NCBI GenBank assembly: GCA_964244895.1
Contig: CAXTKV010000064.1
Coordinates: 1 to 23,486, forward strand
DNA from: an uncultured Deinococcales bacterium
Lineage (GTDB): Bacteria; Deinococcota; Deinococci; Deinococcales; JAAFIG01
DNA length: 23,486 bases
Direction: 5' to 3'
Shown here: positions 16,905 through 23,214 of the stretch, in pieces
Layout: each line of letters opens with the position of its first letter
Numbering within the stretch: position 1 is the first letter of the stretch
Notes under the pieces: model-generated
What the model saw: only the letters and a program-made list of their open reading frames with translations
Databases searched by the model: none
What the model was told of the DNA's origin: nothing
Position numbers and translations under genes: made by a program

Positions 16905-17828
16905 GTGCTGAACACCAAGAATTTCATCGTCGGACTGATGTTCGTGTTGCTCCTGACCGGCATCGTGTCCTTGACCGTGGTGATCCCCGCAGCCAGCTTC
17001 AACCCGGAACCCACACCGGGCTTGAGGCCGTACACAACAGCTGAATTGAAGGGTCGCGCGATCTTCCAGCGCGAGAACTGCTACGTCTGCCACAGTCAGT
17101 TCGTGCGCTATCAGGACGAAGGCATGGGGCCGAGCGCTCAGGCGGGCGATTTCGCCTACGACCGCGTCAACCTGTTGGGCACGCTGCGCAATGGCCCGGA
17201 TCTTTCATACGAAGGCGGCCTCTACCCGGACGAATGGCACATCGGGCACCTCAAATCGCCCCGCAGCTACCTGCCAGGCTCGTACATGCCCAGCTACAGC
17301 TACCTTGCGGACAGCGACCTGAAAGACCTGGTGTCGTACGTGCAGAGTTTGGGTACGCGCAACACGCGCGCCTGGGAAGTCAAGGATGTCAACATCCCAG
17401 AAAAGTACCGCGACCTGAAATCGCCCTTCGGTGGCAGCCCGAACGCCGCCGCCGCCGGGCGCGGCATCTTCAACCAGAACTGCTCCGCCTGCCACGGCTT
17501 CGAGGGTCGCGCCGACGTGCCGCTCGCGCGGGTTTTCTATCCGAAACCCGCCGCGAACTTTCACCTGCCGCGCTACAAGGACTTCACCGACGGTCACTGG
17601 TTCAACAAGGTTGCCAGGGGCGTGCCCGGTACGCGCATGCCGCGCTGGGATCAGACGCTCAACGATGAGCAAGTCTGGTACGTCGTCGAATACCTGAAAT
17701 CCTTGGCTGCCGACCAGGATCTGGTGCCCAAAGCGGGCCGCGAGAAGTACTACGACAAGTCCGTGCTTCAGCCCGGTGACAAGGAAATCGTCATTCCTGG
17801 CGCGCCCAAATCCGGCGGGGGACACTGA
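16905..17828 (+). CDS. ccoO: cbb3-type oxidase subunit II (CcoO) fused to a second cytochrome c domain
   Basis: TM anchor, GRAIFQRENCYVCHSQFVR, RNGPDL and PGSYMP; second domain with CSACH and PGTRMPRW; GAGGAGG RBS. Confidence 0.9.
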   Translation: MLNTKNFIVGLMFVLLLTGIVSLTVVIPAASFNPEPTPGLRPYTTAELKGRAIFQRENCYVCHSQFVRYQDEGMGPSAQAGDFAYDRVNLLGTLRNGPDLSYEGGLYPDEWHIGHLKSPRSYLPGSYMPSYSYLADSDLKDLVSYVQSLGTRNTRAWEVKDVNIPEKYRDLKSPFGGSPNAAAAGRGIFNQNCSACHGFEGRADVPLARVFYPKPAANFHLPRYKDFTDGHWFNKVARGVPGTRMPRWDQTLNDEQVWYVVEYLKSLAADQDLVPKAGREKYYDKSVLQPGDKEIVIPGAPKSGGGH

Positions 17829-17830
17829 TC

Positions 17831-18193
17831 GTGCGCCGCCCGATTGACCCGATCAGCTCGAGAAAACACCGTCCAGGACGGTCTTTAGCTCTTGCGTCCC
17901 GGACGGTCTTCTCTCGAGCTGCCAGACGCGCGATCCCGGTCGCGCTGCTGTTCGGTTCGAGCGCCTTCGCGGATCACATCCCGCCCGTCGGCCTCGACTA
18001 CCAGGGAACCTGGGTGGTGTTGATCGCGGTCGGCGTGATCACGGCCTTGCTGATTTTGTCGTTGCTGTGGGCCTACCTGGACGGTCAATTCACCAACCCC
18101 GAACGCATCAAGTTCGATGTCACCCAACCCGATAACGACTGGCCTTTCGGTCGCGGAACCGCCCTCGAGCGCCCAGAACCGGAAAAGCACTAG
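17831..18193 (+). CDS. CcoS-like small membrane protein with N-terminal extension
   Basis: TM helix ending LWAYLDGQFTNPE resembles the CcoS W-A-x-x-x-G-Q-F motif; possible signal peptide ending AFA-DH; start uncertain. Confidence 0.65.
   Translation: MRRPIDPISSRKHRPGRSLALASRTVFSRAARRAIPVALLFGSSAFADHIPPVGLDYQGTWVVLIAVGVITALLILSLLWAYLDGQFTNPERIKFDVTQPDNDWPFGRGTALERPEPEKH
17855..17920. repeat. REP-like family A, locus 11 (inside the respiratory operon)
   Basis: AGCTCGAGAAAACACCGTCCAGGACGG...TTGCGTCCCGGACGGTCTTCTCTCGAGCT. Confidence 0.8.
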
Positions 18194-18200
18194 GAGGCTT

Positions 18201-18386
18201 ATGGCAGACGACGCCCCCCAAACCGAGCGCGACGATGGCAGCGTTCACGACCACCACGACAACACCCACGAGATCGCTGGCATCAAAGTCGGCGAGAACG
18301 CCGTACCCGCGTCCGCCATTTTCGTGTTTATCGCCATCATCGCCATCGCACTTTTGATCTCGTGGATTCCGGCGCAGGGGTTCTGA
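18201..18386 (+). CDS. Small single-TM protein resembling the CcoP/FixP N-terminal segment
   Basis: AGGAGG RBS; HEIAGIKVGENAVP followed by a TM helix resembles the CcoP H-E-x-D-G-I-x-E-x-x-N-P-x-P motif; stop overlaps the next start (TGATG). Confidence 0.7.
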   Translation: MADDAPQTERDDGSVHDHHDNTHEIAGIKVGENAVPASAIFVFIAIIAIALLISWIPAQGF

Positions 18387-19342
18387 TGCAAACCAAACCC
18401 AGCACACTGATGGCAGCACTGGCGCTTTTACTGGCGCTCGATGCGTGTTCCATCAAAACCTCCGCCAACAGCCCAGCCAAGGAAGGCGCGCAGCAGGGGA
18501 AAGTGGAATTGCGCCCACTCGATGTTTCCCCAGAGGAAGCCACCTACCAGTTCAACTACCCGAAATACCCGCAGCAGTACACCGTCAATCCCCTTGATCG
18601 GGATTACATGAGCGGACGCACCGATCCCAAAGACGCCGTGGCTGAGCTCGGTTCTTACGCCGGGCCGTGGATCGAAGGCGCAGAGGCCGACTTGCTGCCC
18701 GTCAGTGCGCCGAACGTCAACCTCGGCAACACGATCTTTAAGGCCATCGGCGCGAGCGTCACCGCGAACATGAAACCCTCGCTCGAGGACAGTCCGCTCC
18801 AGGCATTCTTGAAAGTCCGATCCGGTTTGCAACGCGCTGGTCTGAAGAACGTCAAAAACCTCGAATTTGCCCTACCCGCCAGCGGTCAGAAAGTCACCGT
18901 GGACGTACCGCTCGACAAGGAAGCCATCTGGAGCCTGACGTTCGCGCTCTACCAGAAGCTCGAACCCGACTGGCACGCACCCATCGCCTCAAGGCTCAAC
19001 CCCGGTTGCAGTCCGACCGATAAGGACAAATGTAAATCTGGCGATCAGCTTTTCGTCGCCAACTGCGGCATGTGCCACGGCTCCGACGGCTGGGGACGCG
19101 GTCACAGCGGCAAGATGCTCCAACCACAACCCGCCAACTTCCACGAGCGCCGCCGCCTGTACAACCGCTCCGAGGCGCGTTTGCGCTCGGTGCTGCACAA
19201 TGGCATCTACGGTTCGGCCATGCCCCCGTGGGCGGACAAGCTTTCCGAAGAAGAAATCAACCACCTGGTCGCGTACATCCGGTCGTTCTCCTACACGAGT
19301 GAACCCTACGTGCCAGCGAAGGTCAAGGTGAGCGTCCAGTGA
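18386..19342 (+). CDS. Lipoprotein c-type cytochrome (monoheme C-terminal domain)
   Basis: MQTKPSTLMAALALLLALDA-C lipobox-like signal; CGMCH, QPANF and GSAMPPW. Confidence 0.88.
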   Translation: MQTKPSTLMAALALLLALDACSIKTSANSPAKEGAQQGKVELRPLDVSPEEATYQFNYPKYPQQYTVNPLDRDYMSGRTDPKDAVAELGSYAGPWIEGAEADLLPVSAPNVNLGNTIFKAIGASVTANMKPSLEDSPLQAFLKVRSGLQRAGLKNVKNLEFALPASGQKVTVDVPLDKEAIWSLTFALYQKLEPDWHAPIASRLNPGCSPTDKDKCKSGDQLFVANCGMCHGSDGWGRGHSGKMLQPQPANFHERRRLYNRSEARLRSVLHNGIYGSAMPPWADKLSEEEINHLVAYIRSFSYTSEPYVPAKVKVSVQ

Positions 19343-20016
19343 ACATCGATCGTCGCACCATCCTCAGGGGTTTGACCGCCATCCCGATCCTGGCCGCGCT
19401 CGGCAGTCTGGGAGCTGTCCTGGTTTCGTACCTGAAGCCCACGACCGCGCCACTTCAAGCGCCGACCACGGAAAAACCCTTGAATAAGGATCTGGTCGCC
19501 GCCACCCTGGACGAATTCAAGCAGGAATGGGACGTGCGCGAATTCATCTTCATTCAAGAAACAGTCGAATACAGCGCCCGAGGCAAACAGGCCTCGAACA
19601 TTCCCGGATTCGCACTCCGCATCCCGAACGACAAGCTCGATCCGGCTGAAGTCGGCGTCGGCCCGAACGGTCTGCGGCGCGGTTACGGCGTGGCCGACTT
19701 CAACGGCCAGAAATATTCACTGGTGGTCGTCTCGCGCATCTGCGCGCACCTGGGTTGCATCTTCCAGTACCACACCGGCGACGAGGTCTGCACGGGCTTC
19801 AACTACTGCGGCGAAAGCACCAAGGTCGCAGGAAGGGAAGGCCACCCGCTCTTCTCGTGCCCGTGCCACCTGTCCGTTTACAACCCGATCTTGGCGGGCG
19901 AAGGCAACGGTCAGAAACTGGCCGGTCTGGTCGTGTCCGGCCCTGCACCGCGCCCACCGTTCCCGTTTGATTTCACCATCGAAGATGGCAAGGTCATCAT
20001 CAAGGCCTACGCCTGA
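19339..20016 (+). CDS. Rieske [2Fe-2S] subunit of a cytochrome bc complex
   Basis: Tat-type DRRTILRG anchor, CAHLGC and CPCHLSVY boxes, GPAPRP loop. Confidence 0.93.
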   Translation: MNIDRRTILRGLTAIPILAALGSLGAVLVSYLKPTTAPLQAPTTEKPLNKDLVAATLDEFKQEWDVREFIFIQETVEYSARGKQASNIPGFALRIPNDKLDPAEVGVGPNGLRRGYGVADFNGQKYSLVVVSRICAHLGCIFQYHTGDEVCTGFNYCGESTKVAGREGHPLFSCPCHLSVYNPILAGEGNGQKLAGLVVSGPAPRPPFPFDFTIEDGKVIIKAYA

Positions 20017-20073
20017 ACTTTTCTCGAGGATTTCCCCTAACGTGATCTCGAGCCCTGCTTGAAGGAGGATTGA

Positions 20074-21408
20074 ATGGCAGCACCAACCGTCGGTCAAGTA
20101 GGCACCCCAGCCGCGCCGAAAAAAGCCGCACCAAGTGTCGGTCAACGCATCGCTACGTGGTGGCGCAAGAGCGCGCAGAATCTCGATCTGTTCGACGAGA
20201 ACAGCCACGACAAGATCAAGACCGATCCGTGGTTGATGGCGGGCGGCATGGCCATGCTGTTCTGGTTAATCACGATTGCGACCGGAGCCGTGCTGATCTT
20301 CTTTTACATCCCCGACGCTTCATCGCCGGGCTACCTGGCCTGGATTTCCGTGCGCGCCATTCAGGAAGGCAATCAGGGTTGGATCATCTCGATCGTCCGC
20401 AACCTGCACAAATACGCGGCGGATGCGCTGATCATCGCGCTGACCATCCGGATTTACCGCATGTACTTCCGGGGCGAGTTTAAAAATTACAACCAGCTCT
20501 CGTTCATGCTGACCATCATCGGGTTGATCCTCTCGATGTTCTCCGGCCTGACGGGCTACTTGTTAATCTGGAACCAGCGCGCGCTGTGGGCCACCAAGGT
20601 CTTCGCTACTTTCCCGACATTCGTGGACAACTTTCATCAGATTCCGACCATCGCCGTGTATTTCCCGTGGCTGGCGCACCTGCTCGAGATCACGTTAGGG
20701 CAGTTGCAGATCGGTCACACCATCGCCAATTACATGCTGGCCGGTCAGTACATCGGCCCCGCAACGCTGGTGCGTTTCTACCCGGCGCACTACATGCTTT
20801 CAATCCTGACGCTGATTTTGGTCGAGGCCTACTTCGCCCGCAAAGGCAAGGGCAAAGGCAACCAACCCGGTACCGGCGGCGGCGCGGGACGCGTGGCGCG
20901 CATCAACCTGCCGTGGTACTCGGTCTTGACCTTCACGGTGATGCTGCTGGTGATTTCAATCGCTGTTCCGGTCGACACGGGCTCGCCCGCCAACCCGAGC
21001 GTCACGCCGAACCCGATCCTTTCGGACTGGTACTTCCTGGGCCTCTACCAGATGATGAAGCTCTGGCAGCCCGCTACGGCGACCTTGCAGACGATCCTGT
21101 TGCCCGTGGTCGCGTTCGCCTGCGCCTTTCTTGACGCCAGCCCGGAGCGCAACCCATGGAAACGCCCATTCTGGACCATCGTGGGCATCTACGGCTTCGT
21201 GGCCTGGATCGCCTTCAGCGTACTGATCTGCCTGTCCATCGCGGACATCAAGCGCGACCCACCGATCATCTACACCGTCTCCATGATCATGCTGGGTGTG
21301 GGCATGATCTGGCACTGGTTGCAACGCGCGAGCGTGCATCGCAAAGCCAAAGCGCTCGAGGCCGCCAAGCTCGCGGCGGTTGTTCCGGCTCCAGCGGCAG
21401 GGGATTGA
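20074..21408 (+). CDS. Cytochrome b (A): full length, Qo-like SDWY motif, only the two bL His ligands
   Basis: RNLHKY, GLTGYLLIWNQRALWA, TLVRFYPAH and PANPSVTPNPILSDWYFL; AAGGAGG RBS. Confidence 0.92.
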   Translation: MAAPTVGQVGTPAAPKKAAPSVGQRIATWWRKSAQNLDLFDENSHDKIKTDPWLMAGGMAMLFWLITIATGAVLIFFYIPDASSPGYLAWISVRAIQEGNQGWIISIVRNLHKYAADALIIALTIRIYRMYFRGEFKNYNQLSFMLTIIGLILSMFSGLTGYLLIWNQRALWATKVFATFPTFVDNFHQIPTIAVYFPWLAHLLEITLGQLQIGHTIANYMLAGQYIGPATLVRFYPAHYMLSILTLILVEAYFARKGKGKGNQPGTGGGAGRVARINLPWYSVLTFTVMLLVISIAVPVDTGSPANPSVTPNPILSDWYFLGLYQMMKLWQPATATLQTILLPVVAFACAFLDASPERNPWKRPFWTIVGIYGFVAWIAFSVLICLSIADIKRDPPIIYTVSMIMLGVGMIWHWLQRASVHRKAKALEAAKLAAVVPAPAAGD

Positions 21409-21409
21409 G

Positions 21410-21709
21410 ATGAAGGGCACGCTCTGGCTGATCTCCATCACCCTGTTCATCGCGACCATCGCGGTGTTCTCGAGCGGCTACGCCACCCTGATGGCGTACT
21501 TCACAGCGCCCACGACCTCCGGTCTGGTCAGCATCATGGGGCACCTGCTGGTTCTGCTCGCGTTGATCGGTATGCTGGGATTCATCATGTACGCGACTGA
21601 ACGCAAAGCTGGAAACGTCAAAATCAAGAACCATCTCTTCGAGCGTTTGCTCGGGTACGCGCCGGACGCGCCGCTCCCCGATCTCGAGAAGCGAGAGGTT
21701 CGCCGATGA
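21410..21709 (+). CDS. Small 2-TM hypothetical membrane protein
   Basis: ATG 1 nt after the cytochrome b stop; two hydrophobic helices; ATGA overlap with the next gene. Confidence 0.8.
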   Translation: MKGTLWLISITLFIATIAVFSSGYATLMAYFTAPTTSGLVSIMGHLLVLLALIGMLGFIMYATERKAGNVKIKNHLFERLLGYAPDAPLPDLEKREVRR

Positions 21710-22029
21710 ATCAGGCCGTCAAGAACCTGCTGGCGCTCGTGCTGATCATCGGGGGGCTCGGATTTTCCGGCTTGACCATCGGTGCGTTCGCGCATCAGAA
21801 CCCGAACCTGCCCGCGCCTCTCAACCTGATCCGCGACCTGGAGGGGTTCGCCAGTTCGATCCTCTTGGGTTGGACGGAACTGACCAAACCCGACATGGCC
21901 GTTCACGCCTTCTCAAGGGGCTTCACCTACATGGGTCTGGCCATCGTCCTGACGTCCATCGCTGCAATGCTGGTATCCGGCACGCGGCGCGATAGCGTTC
22001 CCGTCCCCGGACGCAGAAAGGGGGCATGA
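21706..22029 (+). CDS. Small 2-TM hypothetical membrane protein
   Basis: Translationally coupled on both sides; two hydrophobic helices flanking a loop. Confidence 0.8.
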   Translation: MNQAVKNLLALVLIIGGLGFSGLTIGAFAHQNPNLPAPLNLIRDLEGFASSILLGWTELTKPDMAVHAFSRGFTYMGLAIVLTSIAAMLVSGTRRDSVPVPGRRKGA

Positions 22030-23214
22030 ATGGCCTCACGTACCGCAGACCAGGCTCCAGGCCCCGAAGCTCGAGGCTACGAGAAGGTGCTCGACGGAAT
22101 TCACCGGGGCATCGTCTCGATCGACAAACTGATCAACCGCGTCATCCCAGAAGAATTTAACCCGTTCTACTACCTCGGTGGGATCACCAACGTGCTTTGG
22201 GTGCTTCTGGTTCCCACCGGCGTGTTCTTGTGGTTTTACTACCAGCCCACGGAATCGCAGGCCTACAGCAGCGTCTCTTATCTGACCAACGGCGTGTTTT
22301 TCGGCAGCGTGATTCGCGGCATTCACCGCTACGCGGGTGACGGCATGCTGATCCTGGCGGTGCTCCACCTGCTCAGGAATTACTTCACCGACCGCTACCG
22401 CGGCTTCCGCGACGTTCCGTGGGTTTCAGGCGTGGTGCTGCTGTTGCTGACTGGCTTGATCGGCCTGACGGGCTATTTGCTGGTCTGGGATCAGCGCGCG
22501 TTGGTGATCACCGACGCGATGGTCAAAACCCTTCAGGGCCTCGATCTGGTGATCGCTGGCTTCGGCACGTGGCTGGCGCAGGGCTTGTTGGGCGGCGACC
22601 AGACGAACAACCTGACGTTGCCCAGAATGTTTTTCCTTCACGTCGGACTGGCTGTGCTGGTGTTCTTCTTCTTGTGGGTTCACTACTTGCGCCTGCACCG
22701 CCCGAAGATCTGGCCGCCGACCTTCGTGACGCTCCTGACCATCGGTCTGGTGCTGGTCGTGGCGGGCCTCTCACCCGTCGAAACGCTGCCGCCCGCCACC
22801 GTGCCGCTCGCGCAGGGCACGTCGATGCCTTTCGATGTCGTGTACCTGTGGCCCGTGCTGTTCCTCTCGAGCATGCCCGCCTGGGTGGTGCTGGGCCTCC
22901 TGCTGGTGGTCTTCGCGGTGCTGTTCGTCGTGCCATGGTTGCCCGCCAAGACACACCGTTACGTCAACGTCGCCACGGTCACGCCAGAAAATTGCACCGG
23001 ATGCCAGTTGTGCGCGATCGACTGCCCCTTTGACGCCATCGTGATGGTCGCTGGAACGAACCCCAACCCGCGCTATAACGAACTGGCTGTGGTCAACGAC
23101 GACAAGTGCGCCGAGTGCGGCATCTGCGTCGGTGCGTGCCCGTTCCACGCGATCAACCTGCCGCTGGCGGACGAGTACAAGATTCAGGAACAGGTGGTGG
23201 CCCTCCTCAAATGA
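22030..23214 (+). CDS. Cytochrome b (B) fused to a C-terminal 2x[4Fe-4S] ferredoxin domain
   Basis: NPFYYLGGIT; H-x13-H in helix B (RGIH...VLH) and helix D (FLH...WVH); GLTGYLLVWDQR; CTGCQLCAIDCP and CAECGICVGACP. Confidence 0.92.
   Translation: MASRTADQAPGPEARGYEKVLDGIHRGIVSIDKLINRVIPEEFNPFYYLGGITNVLWVLLVPTGVFLWFYYQPTESQAYSSVSYLTNGVFFGSVIRGIHRYAGDGMLILAVLHLLRNYFTDRYRGFRDVPWVSGVVLLLLTGLIGLTGYLLVWDQRALVITDAMVKTLQGLDLVIAGFGTWLAQGLLGGDQTNNLTLPRMFFLHVGLAVLVFFFLWVHYLRLHRPKIWPPTFVTLLTIGLVLVVAGLSPVETLPPATVPLAQGTSMPFDVVYLWPVLFLSSMPAWVVLGLLLVVFAVLFVVPWLPAKTHRYVNVATVTPENCTGCQLCAIDCPFDAIVMVAGTNPNPRYNELAVVNDDKCAECGICVGACPFHAINLPLADEYKIQEQVVALLK

Noticed and set aside
945..17920. CRISPR array interpretation of the family A repeats
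   Set aside because: The copies are dispersed, degenerate and paired in inverted orientation, with no regular spacers and no cas genes.
20074..21408. Cytochrome b(A) as a pseudogene
   Set aside because: Intact 444-aa frame, strong RBS and conserved bL/Qo-side motifs. Loss of exactly the two ligands of one heme looks selective rather than random, though conservation in homologs still needs checking.
22150..22190. Covalent heme ci (cytochrome b6-type) site in cytochrome b(B)
   Set aside because: The sequence is FYYLGGIT, with Tyr where b6 has the heme-binding Cys (FYCLGGIT).
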